From Candidatus Altimarinota bacterium (lineage in GTDB: Bacteria > Patescibacteriota > Gracilibacteria > UBA1369): a DNA stretch of 15,883 nucleotides. The notes under the pieces were generated by a model that was not told where the DNA came from, ran no database searches, and saw nothing but the letters and a program-made list of their open reading frames with translations. Location of the stretch: contig JBAZYK010000017.1 of NCBI GenBank assembly GCA_041659405.1, positions 1-15,883 on the forward strand, given 5' to 3'. The translations under genes and the position numbers were made by a program. Below, piece by piece: positions 1 through 8,359 of the stretch (positions are counted from its first letter, which is position 1; each line of letters begins with the position of its first letter).

Positions 1-1
1 C

Positions 2-82
2 CTGCTTGGAGGCCTCAAAAAGCTCTATGAAATGACCGCTGAACCACCACTTGACTTAAAAGTTATTTTTGCAGACTCCTAA
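2..82 (+). mobile_element. C-terminal fragment (26 aa + stop) of an ORF running off the left edge, possibly a transposase or other mobile-element protein
   Basis: Frame from position 2 reads LLGGLKKLYEMTAEPPLDLKVIFADS* (TAA at 80..82). The same fragment is present in inverse orientation at the right edge, inside the repeat. Protein family not identified. Confidence 0.45.
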
Positions 83-126
83 GCCATTATTTCGGCTTTT
101 GTTCCTTGAAATCTTGGAAAGGGGTG
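3..126 (+). repeat. Left copy of a 124-bp perfect terminal inverted repeat, probably the inner end of a mobile element
   Basis: Base-by-base comparison: positions 3..126 are the exact reverse complement of 15760..15883; identity stops at 127/15759. Confidence 0.93.
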
Positions 127-1157
127 ATGGTAATTTTCCGGTCTATGGTGGAGGTGTAACGCCAACTGGCCGGTATGACAAGAAGAATACTCCAGCTGGG
201 TCTGTAACTATTGGACGAAGAGGAACTATTGGTTTCGTAAATTTTATCCCTGAAGATTTTTGGGGGACATCAAATTTGTTCATCATAACGCCAACAACTG
301 AAAAATTGCTCACTAAATTTGCTTACTACGCCATTAAAGTGCAGGAGCCTGAATTGCGAAAGCCCAAGAAAGTCGGAGGAACACCTGCAATTGATAAACC
401 TGATATAAAAAAAATAAAAATTCCTCTACCACCCATTGCAATCCAAGAATTAATTGTCAAAATTCTTAATAGTTTTACAGAGCTAGAAGCAGAGCTAGAA
501 GCAGAGCTGGAAGCAAGAATGAAACAGTATGAGTATTATTACAACCAAGTGTTTACATTTGATGATAACGTTGAAATAAAAAAGATAATGGATGTTTCGG
601 TTGTGTATGATTCATTGCACCAGACTCCAAATTACTCAGACGCTGGATTTCCAATGATAAGGGTTACAGATATAAAAGGTGGATATGTAGATACAAAAAA
701 GACTCTCAGAGTAAATCGCGAAGCATTTGAAATGTTTACTAAAAAGTATAAACCACAGTTTAACGATATTGTTATATCAAGGGTTGGTTCATATGGAAAT
801 TTTAGCTTAATCGGAGAAGAAGACGAAGTGTGTTTAGGGCAAAATACAGCTATAATCCATCCCTTAATAAATGCAAAATATTTATACTACGTATTACATT
901 CAAAAAAAGTCACACAATTTGTGGAAAATAATGTAGGCGGCGGAAGTCAAAAAACCATTAGTCTTGCTAGTATAAAACAAATCCCTATTCACGTTCCCTC
1001 CATCTCCGAACAAGAACGAATCGTTTCAATTTTAGATAAATTTGATGCCCTCGTGAACGACATCTCAATAGGTCTACCGGCCGAACTCTCGGCTCGTAGA
1101 CAGCAGTATGAATACTACCGAGGGAAGCTTTTAACTTTCAATGAATATGCCAAATAA
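69..1157 (+). CDS. hsdS: Type I restriction-modification specificity subunit (HsdS), 5'-truncated at the repeat junction (~126)
   Basis: Two target-recognition-domain-like halves (GNFPVYGGGVTPTGRYDKKN...IPLPPIAIQELIVKILNSF and FPMIRVTDIKGG...IPIHVPSISEQERIVSILDKFDALV), with central and C-terminal conserved helices. Codons before ~126 come from the repeat, and the N-terminal part of TRD1 appears missing. Confidence 0.88.
   Translation: MQTPKPLFRLLFLEILERGDGNFPVYGGGVTPTGRYDKKNTPAGSVTIGRRGTIGFVNFIPEDFWGTSNLFIITPTTEKLLTKFAYYAIKVQEPELRKPKKVGGTPAIDKPDIKKIKIPLPPIAIQELIVKILNSFTELEAELEAELEARMKQYEYYYNQVFTFDDNVEIKKIMDVSVVYDSLHQTPNYSDAGFPMIRVTDIKGGYVDTKKTLRVNREAFEMFTKKYKPQFNDIVISRVGSYGNFSLIGEEDEVCLGQNTAIIHPLINAKYLYYVLHSKKVTQFVENNVGGGSQKTISLASIKQIPIHVPSISEQERIVSILDKFDALVNDISIGLPAELSARRQQYEYYRGKLLTFNEYAK
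480..515 (+). repeat. 12-bp tandem repeat x3 (GAGCTAGAAGCA) encoding (ELEA)3 in the HsdS central linker
   Basis: 480..491, 492..503 and 504..515 are GAGCTAGAAGCA, GAGCTAGAAGCA, GAGCTGGAAGCA, in frame with hsdS. Confidence 0.9.
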
Positions 1158-4100
1158 TAAATACAATTTAGTTGCTGAAAATTCTCAAAGCACCGTTGTT
1201 GGAGAATACATTCCAGACAGCAAGCGTGTCGCTAATTATCAAAGTGAGGCGGATTTGGAGAGGGCTTTTATCAAACAACTTGAGACGCAAGCGTATGAAT
1301 ATCTGCCCATCACATCCGAAGCTGATTTGGTATTGAATTTGCGCAAGCAACTGGAGAAACTCAATGATTTTACTTTTACCGATAGTGAATGGGAACGGTT
1401 TTTTGCCAGTGAGCTTGCCAATCCAAACCAAAGCATTGCCGAAAAGACCGCCACCATTCAAGAAGACCATATCAAAAACCTGATGCGCGAAGATGGCACG
1501 ACCAAGAATGTGTACCTCATAAAAAAGGACAACATTCACGACAATAGTTTACAGGTGATCAATCAATATACCACCGAGGACGGTCAGCGTGCCAATCGCT
1601 ATGACGTGACGGTGCTGGTGAACGGGTTGCCTTTGGTGCATATCGAGCTCAAGCGCCGTGGAGTGGCTATTGCCGAGGCATTCAATCAGATCAACCGTTA
1701 CAGCCGAGAAAGCTTTTGGGCTGCGTCGGGGCTTTTTGAATATGTGCAGTTGTTTATTATTTCCAATGGTACACATACCAAGTATTACAGCAACACCGTC
1801 CGTTGCGAGCACATTAAAGAAGCTGGTGAAGGTGCAGTGAAAAAAGGCAAACGCTCGAGCAACAGTTTTGAATTTACCAGCTGGTGGGCAGATGCTACTA
1901 ACCGACCGATTACGGATTTGATGGATTTTGGGAAGACTTTTTTTGCCAAGCACGCGCTTTTGAATATCTTGACCAAGTACTGCGTGTTCACTACAGATCA
2001 TCAACTTTTAGTAATGCGACCGTATCAGATAGTGGCGACGGAGAGAATACTCAATCGCATTGAAGTCAGCACCAACTACAAGAAACTCGGCACAGTTGAG
2101 GCTGGTGGGTACATTTGGCACACGACCGGATCGGGAAAAACTTTAACCAGTTTCAAAACCGCCCAGCTCGTGAGTAAGTTGGCGTATGTGGATAAAGTGG
2201 TGTTTGTGGTTGATCGCAAGGACTTGGATTATCAGACGATGCGAGAATATGACAAGTTTGAAAAAGGCGCTGCAAATAGTAATACCAGTACGGCGATTTT
2301 GAAGAAACAACTGGAAAATCCGAACGCGCGAATTATCATTACCACTATCCAGAAGCTCGATCGTTTCATTAGCCGCAATTCCGGGCATACTATTTTTGAT
2401 GGGCATGTGGTGTTGATTTTTGATGAGTGTCATCGTTCACAGTTTGGCGATATGCACGCCGCTATTACCAAAACATTCAAGAATTACAATCTGTTTGGTT
2501 TTACCGGTACGCCGATTTTTGCCATGAATGCGCCTGCCGGTGGACGGCCGGACTTGAAAACGACCGAGCAAGCTTTTGGTGAAAAATTGCATACTTACAC
2601 TATCGTGAACGCAATTGCTGACAAAAATGTTTTGCCGTTTAAGGTTGATTATGTTTCTACTGTTCGAGAAGCGGAGAATATTGAAGACGCACAGGTGCGA
2701 GATATTGACCGTGAGGCGGTGCTGGCTTCACCGGAAAGACTGGCTAATATCGTGGGCTATATTCGCGAGCATTTTGACCAAAAGACCAAGCGTAATAGTT
2801 TTTATAAACTGAAAGATAGAAGATTGGCGGGCTTTAATTCTATTTTTGCAGTTTCATCTATTGATGTGGCGAAGAAGTATTATGCAGAGTTCAAAAAACA
2901 ACTTGAGGGTGCGCCAAGTGATAAACAACTCAAAGTAGCAACAATTTATAGCTTTAGCGTAAACGATGAAGATGCCGATGGAATGATCGATGAAAACTCC
3001 GAGGACACAAGCGGGCTTGATGTGAGTTCCCGTGATTTTCTTGATAGTGCAATCATCGATTACAATGCAATGTTTGGTACATCCTTTGATACTTCATCTG
3101 ATAGGTTTCAAAATTATTATAAAGATGTGAGTTTAAGAGTGAAAAATCGTGAGATTGATGTTCTGATTGTGGTCAATATGTTTTTGACTGGCTTTGACGC
3201 TACAACGCTGAATACGCTTTGGGTGGATAAAAACCTGAGATTGCATGGACTCTTACAGGCATTTTCGCGAACCAATCGTATTTTGAATAGCGTAAAAACT
3301 TTTGGAAACATTGTTTGCTTCCGTAACCTAGAGAAAGCGACCAATGAATCCATCGCTCTTTTTGGGGATAAAGAAGCAGGCGGTGTCGTGCTTCTCAAAG
3401 CATACGAAGAGTATTACAACGGTTACAAAGACGGTGAAAAGGAAGTACGCGGGTACGCAAGCATGGTAGCGGAGCTCTTGGAAAAATTTCCTGCTGGACA
3501 GCGAATTATAGGCGAGCAAAATCAGAAAGATTTTATCAAGCTTTATGGCGGGATTTTGCGCGTGCGAAATATTCTGACAACTTTTGACGAATTTGCCAGC
3601 AATGAGATTTTAACTGAACGTGATGTGCAAGATTATCACAGTGCATACATCGACCTCTACAACGAACTTCGTAAGGGCACAGAGGTTGATCAAGAAAATA
3701 TTAACGATGACTTGGTGTTTGAAATGGAGCTTATCAAGCAGGTAGAAATAAATATTGATTTTGTATTGGGGCTCATCAAAAGATACCACGAAGATCACAA
3801 TAAGAATCGCGAGATTTTGGTTGATATCAATAAAGCGATTGATTCAAGTGTTGAACTACGAAACAAAAAGGATCTCATCAATCAGTTTATCACTTCACTT
3901 GATATCCACTCAGTAGTTGATGATGATTGGCAGAAATTTGTGGATAAGAAAAAGATTGAGGAGCTCGAAAAGATTATTGATAATGAAGGTCTGGATCACG
4001 ATGCAACGTATGCGTTTGTACGAAATTCTTTTCGTGATGGAAGCGTGGCAACGACTGGCACGGCAATAACCAAAGTTTTACCACCTGTTTCTCGCTTTTC

Positions 4101-4197
4101 TCCGACTGGCGAGCGCACCCAAAAACGCGAAAGCGTGCTAAGTAAATTGACAAGCTTCTTTGAAAGATTTTTCGATATTTCAGGCGGAAAGTTATAA
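1141..4197 (+). CDS. hsdR: Type I restriction-modification restriction (R) subunit, EcoR124-like
   Basis: 1018-aa ORF overlapping hsdS by 17 bp. N-terminal nuclease motif (RYDVTVLVNGLPLVHIELKRRG), Walker A HTTGSGKTLTSFK, DECHRSQFGDMH, and helicase motifs such as VVNMFLTGFDATTLNTLWVDKNL and LLQAFSRTNR. Confidence 0.97.
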   Translation: MNMPNNKYNLVAENSQSTVVGEYIPDSKRVANYQSEADLERAFIKQLETQAYEYLPITSEADLVLNLRKQLEKLNDFTFTDSEWERFFASELANPNQSIAEKTATIQEDHIKNLMREDGTTKNVYLIKKDNIHDNSLQVINQYTTEDGQRANRYDVTVLVNGLPLVHIELKRRGVAIAEAFNQINRYSRESFWAASGLFEYVQLFIISNGTHTKYYSNTVRCEHIKEAGEGAVKKGKRSSNSFEFTSWWADATNRPITDLMDFGKTFFAKHALLNILTKYCVFTTDHQLLVMRPYQIVATERILNRIEVSTNYKKLGTVEAGGYIWHTTGSGKTLTSFKTAQLVSKLAYVDKVVFVVDRKDLDYQTMREYDKFEKGAANSNTSTAILKKQLENPNARIIITTIQKLDRFISRNSGHTIFDGHVVLIFDECHRSQFGDMHAAITKTFKNYNLFGFTGTPIFAMNAPAGGRPDLKTTEQAFGEKLHTYTIVNAIADKNVLPFKVDYVSTVREAENIEDAQVRDIDREAVLASPERLANIVGYIREHFDQKTKRNSFYKLKDRRLAGFNSIFAVSSIDVAKKYYAEFKKQLEGAPSDKQLKVATIYSFSVNDEDADGMIDENSEDTSGLDVSSRDFLDSAIIDYNAMFGTSFDTSSDRFQNYYKDVSLRVKNREIDVLIVVNMFLTGFDATTLNTLWVDKNLRLHGLLQAFSRTNRILNSVKTFGNIVCFRNLEKATNESIALFGDKEAGGVVLLKAYEEYYNGYKDGEKEVRGYASMVAELLEKFPAGQRIIGEQNQKDFIKLYGGILRVRNILTTFDEFASNEILTERDVQDYHSAYIDLYNELRKGTEVDQENINDDLVFEMELIKQVEINIDFVLGLIKRYHEDHNKNREILVDINKAIDSSVELRNKKDLINQFITSLDIHSVVDDDWQKFVDKKKIEELEKIIDNEGLDHDATYAFVRNSFRDGSVATTGTAITKVLPPVSRFSPTGERTQKRESVLSKLTSFFERFFDISGGKL

Positions 4198-4215
4198 CAA
4201 AATTAAAAAATTAAT

Positions 4216-5505
4216 ATGAACGAAATTATATGCCCATATTGTGAAAAAGCCTTCAAAGTCGATGAGGCGGGATTCGCAGACATACTTAAGCAAGTGCGTG
4301 ATCATGAGTTTGAAAAAGAACTGCATGAGCGATTAGACATGGCAAAAAAAGAAAAAGAAAATGCTATAAAACTCGCCGAGGCTAATATTACAAATACATT
4401 GCAAAAGGATATTGCAAAGAAGGAGACTGAATTAGTTGAGCTAAAGGCTAAAAAGGACCATGAACTGGCTGAGCTTGATGCAAGGAAAGAATCCGAACTA
4501 GCCGAAATGAAATCAAAATTCAATAATGTAGAGCTTGAGAAAAAACTTGCCGTCACCGAAGCGGTCAATAAAATTGAGAAAGAGCGTGACAAACTTGCCG
4601 GCGAGCTGAAAAGCAAAGAGACCGAGAAGCAATTACTTGAGAAGTCATTAAATGAGAAGTTTTCCACTGAACTCAAGAGCAAGGACGACATTATCAAGAT
4701 GAAAGATGAGGAAATTGCTCTTCGCAAAGACATGAAGGTCAAACTCTCAACAAAAATGATAGGCGAAACACTCGAACAGCACTGCGAGACCGAATTTAAC
4801 AAACTTCGTCCAACTGGTTTCCAAAATGCATATTTTGAAAAAGACAACGATACGAAAACTGGTAGCAAGGGGGATTATATTTATCGCGAAACCGATGGAG
4901 CTGGCAATGAAGTCATTTCTATCATGTTTGAAATGAAAAATGAGGGTGATGAGACCTCTACAAAGCATAGGAACGAAGATTTTTTACGCGAGCTTGATAA
5001 AGACCGTGTAGAGAAAAAATGTGAGTACGCTGTCCTTGTTACGCTTCTGGAAGCCGAAAATGAGCTTTATAACACCGGCATCGTCGACGTCTCCCATAAA
5101 TATCCCAAAATGTATGTAGTTCGCCCACAATTTTTCATCCCAATTATAACCCTGCTACGCAACGCTGCTACGAACTCACTTAAATACAAAACTGAGCTTG
5201 CCTTGGTAAGGAGCCAGAATGTCGACATCACCAACTTTGAGGAAAATATTAATGAGTTTAAAGATGGTTTTGCTAAAAATTATGATCTCGCCAGTCGTAA
5301 ATTCAAAACTGCCATCGAAGAAATAGATAAAACCATCGACCATCTTCAGAAAACCAAAGATGACCTCCTGTCGTCTGAAAATAACCTTCGTCTCGCTAAT
5401 AATAAAGCAGAAGATTTGACAATCAAAAGACTAACGCGCGGCAATCCTACAATGGCAGCTAAGTTTGCAGAGCTTTCCGATACCGACAAAACTATCAACA
5501 ATTAG
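4216..5505 (+). CDS. DUF2130-like coiled-coil protein
   Basis: 429 aa. N-terminal [10 protein letters not shown], long charged coiled coil, then a conserved-looking core [47 protein letters not shown] typical of DUF2130 proteins by recall. Confidence 0.8.
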   Translation: MNEIICPYCEKAFKVDEAGFADILKQVRDHEFEKELHERLDMAKKEKENAIKLAEANITNTLQKDIAKKETELVELKAKKDHELAELDARKESELAEMKSKFNNVELEKKLAVTEAVNKIEKERDKLAGELKSKETEKQLLEKSLNEKFSTELKSKDDIIKMKDEEIALRKDMKVKLSTKMIGETLEQHCETEFNKLRPTGFQNAYFEKDNDTKTGSKGDYIYRETDGAGNEVISIMFEMKNEGDETSTKHRNEDFLRELDKDRVEKKCEYAVLVTLLEAENELYNTGIVDVSHKYPKMYVVRPQFFIPIITLLRNAATNSLKYKTELALVRSQNVDITNFEENINEFKDGFAKNYDLASRKFKTAIEEIDKTIDHLQKTKDDLLSSENNLRLANNKAEDLTIKRLTRGNPTMAAKFAELSDTDKTINN

Positions 5506-5547
5506 AACTTGGCGAAATGCCAAAAATTTCAGAATAACAATAAATTT

Positions 5548-6003
5548 ATGAATAAAAAAATTCTATATATAGACATGGATAATGTGCTCGTAGACTTCTC
5601 CTCGGGGATTGCAAAAATTAGCGATGATCTTAAACATGAATATAACGACAGACTCGATGAGGTTCCGGGCATTTTTGATTTAATGGATCCTATGCCGGGC
5701 GCTATTGAGGCCTATAAAAAGCTGTCTACTTTATTTGATACATACATTTTATCTACAGCACCATGGAAAAACCCATCGGCGTGGCAACACAAACTCGAGT
5801 GGGTGCATAAATATCTTCATGATGAAGCTTACAAAAGATTAATTCTTGCACACCATAAAAACCTACTTCGTGGCGATTATTTAATTGATGATAGAGAAAA
5901 AAATGGTGCCAAAGAATTCGAAGGTCAATTAATACTGTTTGGATCTGAACAATTTCCAGATTGGTCGCATGTGCTCACGTATTTAAAAGAAAAAGAACAA
6001 TAA
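5548..6003 (+). CDS. 5'(3')-deoxyribonucleotidase-like HAD-superfamily protein
   Basis: ORF 5509..6003; ATG at 5548 gives MNKKILYIDMDNVLVDFSSG (HAD motif I DMDxxLxDF), followed by LSTAPW and YLIDDREKNGAKEF motifs. Confidence 0.82.
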   Translation: MNKKILYIDMDNVLVDFSSGIAKISDDLKHEYNDRLDEVPGIFDLMDPMPGAIEAYKKLSTLFDTYILSTAPWKNPSAWQHKLEWVHKYLHDEAYKRLILAHHKNLLRGDYLIDDREKNGAKEFEGQLILFGSEQFPDWSHVLTYLKEKEQ

Positions 6004-6112
6004 GGCGTTTTAATCGGGCATTCATCCCCTTAATTCCCCTCTGTACTTCGCCCCAAACGGAAAAACATCGCCTATACCAGGCCGTTAGGACTAATTATTT
6101 TTTCACATAAAC

Positions 6113-6634
6113 ATGAGTGACTGGTTGTATAGCAATAGTTCCGATAATAAAAACAGATTTATACTTGGCGAAAAAGGTCTCCATCCTCTTATTTGCATTG
6201 GCATAAACCCAAGTACTGCTACACCAAGTAAGCTCGACAACACGCTAAGGACTGTTAAAAACAGAGCATTATCTTTGGGCTATGATTCATGGATTATGAT
6301 AAATATTTATCCTCAGAGAGCAACAGAGCCAAAAAATCTGGATAAACAATTAAATTCAGAAACACATAAAAAAAACATTGAAGAGCTTAAAAATCTTTTT
6401 TCAAATACACAGCATGATATATGGGCTGCATGGGGCACTTCCATTAAAATTCGTCCCTATTTAACAACCTGCCTTCAAGAAATTAACCAAGTTATTCCAT
6501 CCAATAATGCAAAATGGTTTACGATAGGAAAAAGATCAAAAGAAGGACATCCACACCATCCCTTGTATTTGAAAAAATGTTTATCTCTAGACATCTTTGA
6601 TATTGATGGATACTTGATCGAACAAACAAAATAA
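6113..6634 (+). CDS. DUF1643-like protein
   Basis: 173 aa with PLICIGINPSTATPSKLDNTLRTVKNRALSLGYDSWIMINIYPQRAT, the characteristic DUF1643 N-terminal pattern by recall. Confidence 0.82.
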   Translation: MSDWLYSNSSDNKNRFILGEKGLHPLICIGINPSTATPSKLDNTLRTVKNRALSLGYDSWIMINIYPQRATEPKNLDKQLNSETHKKNIEELKNLFSNTQHDIWAAWGTSIKIRPYLTTCLQEINQVIPSNNAKWFTIGKRSKEGHPHHPLYLKKCLSLDIFDIDGYLIEQTK

Positions 6635-6659
6635 CAATTCCTAACGGCGCCAAAACATT

Positions 6660-7088
6660 TTACTTGCGCTTCTTCCCCACCACCACTAAAAGCGAAAAAT
6701 CTTGCGGGCCATCAAGCGAAATCACGTGATAGGGCACCAAAGAAAGGCCGTCGACTTCAAGTCCATGCTTTTTTAATGCTTCGATCAGTTTTTCGACTGT
6801 GCCAATTGGCGAATCACTTTTAAGATCAAGCTTTGAGCTGTAATGAATGGGCTTTTCGGCACCTTTTCCGTCAGTTTTCGGGTCGATGATGCCCTTGGTT
6901 GCAATAAAAAAACGCCCGTCGGCCTCCAAAAGATCAGCAATATTCGCAAAAAGCTGATCGGGATCTTCCACTCGATCAGTGGTTAAAGTTGTCCCAACCA
7001 GGCCCGCCATAGCCTTTTTCAAAGGAGGTTTTTGAGTTAATTCAGGACTGCAAGCACCGCAGAAATCCCACTAGCAGGGTGGCGCAGG
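6660..7088 (-). pseudogene. Truncated, frameshifted duplicate of the 3' end of the 8356..9894 methyltransferase-like gene
   Basis: Encoded C-terminus MKKAMAGLVGTTLTTDRVEDPDQLF...DFSLLVVVGKKRK matches the full gene at about 95% nt identity. A 10-bp deletion relative to the full copy near 7054 puts a stop in the upstream frame. Confidence 0.87.
6675..7088. repeat. Direct repeat copy 1 (second copy ~8377..8800)
   Basis: Manual alignment at offset 1702 (1712 after the indel); roughly 20 mismatches over about 410 bp plus a 10-bp indel. Confidence 0.87.
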
Positions 7089-7137
7089 ATATTAATTGCG
7101 TGATATAATAAAAACAATAAATTTTAATTTTTTTAAT

Positions 7138-7587
7138 ATGGAACAAGCTCAAAATCCAACGCCGACAACGCAATTACAAAATAATAAAGCGCCAATTGGC
7201 ATTAAAATAATGGCGGGATTATTGCTCTTTATTGGGCTCGGAATAGGGGTTGACGTCCTATTATCTGGTATGTCAGCCTTTTTATTCGGCGGATTATTGG
7301 CAGTTTTAGCTGTCATTGCTTTAATCCTATTCTTATTTACCGAAAAAACGGCAATGAGTCTATTCAAATTAAAACCAACAAGTAAAAGAAATTATTACAT
7401 TGCCGTAGCGTTGGATATGGTATATTTGGCGAGCAAATCATCAATGGGAATTTACTTGCTTGCCAAAAAAGCACCGCCCGCACAAGCGTACATAGGAGCT
7501 TTGCTTGTGGCTTTAGTGGGTTTTACTATCCTTGCTTTGCCGTTTTTTCTTATCACAAAAAAGCATAAGGAATTATTCCAAATATAA
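7138..7587 (+). CDS. Small hypothetical membrane protein (about 4 TM helices)
   Basis: ORF 7096..7587; ATG at 7138 gives MEQAQNPTPTTQLQNNKAP. Hydrophobic segments IMAGLLLFIGLGIGVDVLLSG, FGGLLAVLAVIALILFLF, YIAVALDMVYLAS, YIGALLVALVGFTILALPFFLI. Confidence 0.68.
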   Translation: MEQAQNPTPTTQLQNNKAPIGIKIMAGLLLFIGLGIGVDVLLSGMSAFLFGGLLAVLAVIALILFLFTEKTAMSLFKLKPTSKRNYYIAVALDMVYLASKSSMGIYLLAKKAPPAQAYIGALLVALVGFTILALPFFLITKKHKELFQI

Positions 7588-7627
7588 CAGCGCCCAACCG
7601 CTGCGCCTGCGGGCATAAACCATTTTT

Positions 7628-8359
7628 ATGACCATCTTCACCACAAACAGATTCTTGTACTACGCAGGAAGCACAATCGTAAAAGTAATTTCCATTTCAT
7701 TTGTGCTTCTTACCGTATTTTCACAATTATCAATCGCTACTTTGAATGGCAAAAGTTACAACTTTTTTGGCGTAATCATAACTTCTAAAATGTTTGATGA
7801 TTTGATGCCTGCAGCAATCAGGGTTATTATGATGTTTCTTTTGATTATTGTGTTTCTAGGAATTGAGTTAAACAGGTCCTACATGATCGAAATCGATGAA
7901 ACTACTGGGCAAATTACTGTCAGCCCTGCCATGAAAAGTAAACTTGTGAAATATTATGGATCCAAAAATATGATTGGCTACAAAAAAGAGAGCTTTCTAG
8001 GCATTATGGAAACAATAAAACTCTATGACATTAACAATAAAATTTGGTTAATGCCTGCTCTGTGGAAAGGCAAAAAAAGTGCCCAACTTCTTGATGCTCT
8101 TAAAAATTACTCGCACCTTAATGAACTTAATGAAACTCATTCCGTTTCAACTACAAATGCATCCGCAGTCCCACAAAATACTTCAACACCGCATATTCAG
8201 AGCACTTTAGGGCCACGCGACCTGTATGAAGCCTATAAACAGATCAAATCGCCATTCATGAAAAACTTCGTCAAAATATTTTTCATAATAGGCATATTGT
8301 GGATGATGTATATCGCCTTCGGATTATTAATGATGAGCATCAATGGTGTGGGATTCTAA
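7628..8359 (+). CDS. Hypothetical membrane protein
   Basis: 243 aa. Two N-terminal hydrophobic helices, a soluble central section (IDETTGQITVSPAMKSKLVKYYGSKNMIGYKKESF), and a C-terminal helix FVKIFFIIGILWMMYIAFGLLMM. Confidence 0.7.
   Translation: MTIFTTNRFLYYAGSTIVKVISISFVLLTVFSQLSIATLNGKSYNFFGVIITSKMFDDLMPAAIRVIMMFLLIIVFLGIELNRSYMIEIDETTGQITVSPAMKSKLVKYYGSKNMIGYKKESFLGIMETIKLYDINNKIWLMPALWKGKKSAQLLDALKNYSHLNELNETHSVSTTNASAVPQNTSTPHIQSTLGPRDLYEAYKQIKSPFMKNFVKIFFIIGILWMMYIAFGLLMMSINGVGF

Noticed and set aside
3-1157. Interpretation of the terminal repeats as a classic invertible hsdS cassette
   Set aside because: The distal copy lies after mnmA, not in a second hsdS gene, and no silent TRD is present in the window, so a mobile-element end explains it better.
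1168-2433. Antisense ORFs 1168..1539, 1239..1457, 1549..2004, 1785..1991 and 2143..2433 on the minus strand
   Set aside because: All are shadows of the strongly supported hsdR coding frame, with no recognisable protein features.
4302-4868. 188-aa minus-strand ORF rich in Ser/Phe
   Set aside because: Composition (SSS, FSF runs) is what is expected from the antisense of the Glu/Lys-rich coiled coil of the DUF2130-like gene.
6004-7137. Complete integron array with attC sites
   Set aside because: No integrase gene is visible and only a short inverted 10-mer pair was seen, without paired inner boxes; retained only as a weak observation.
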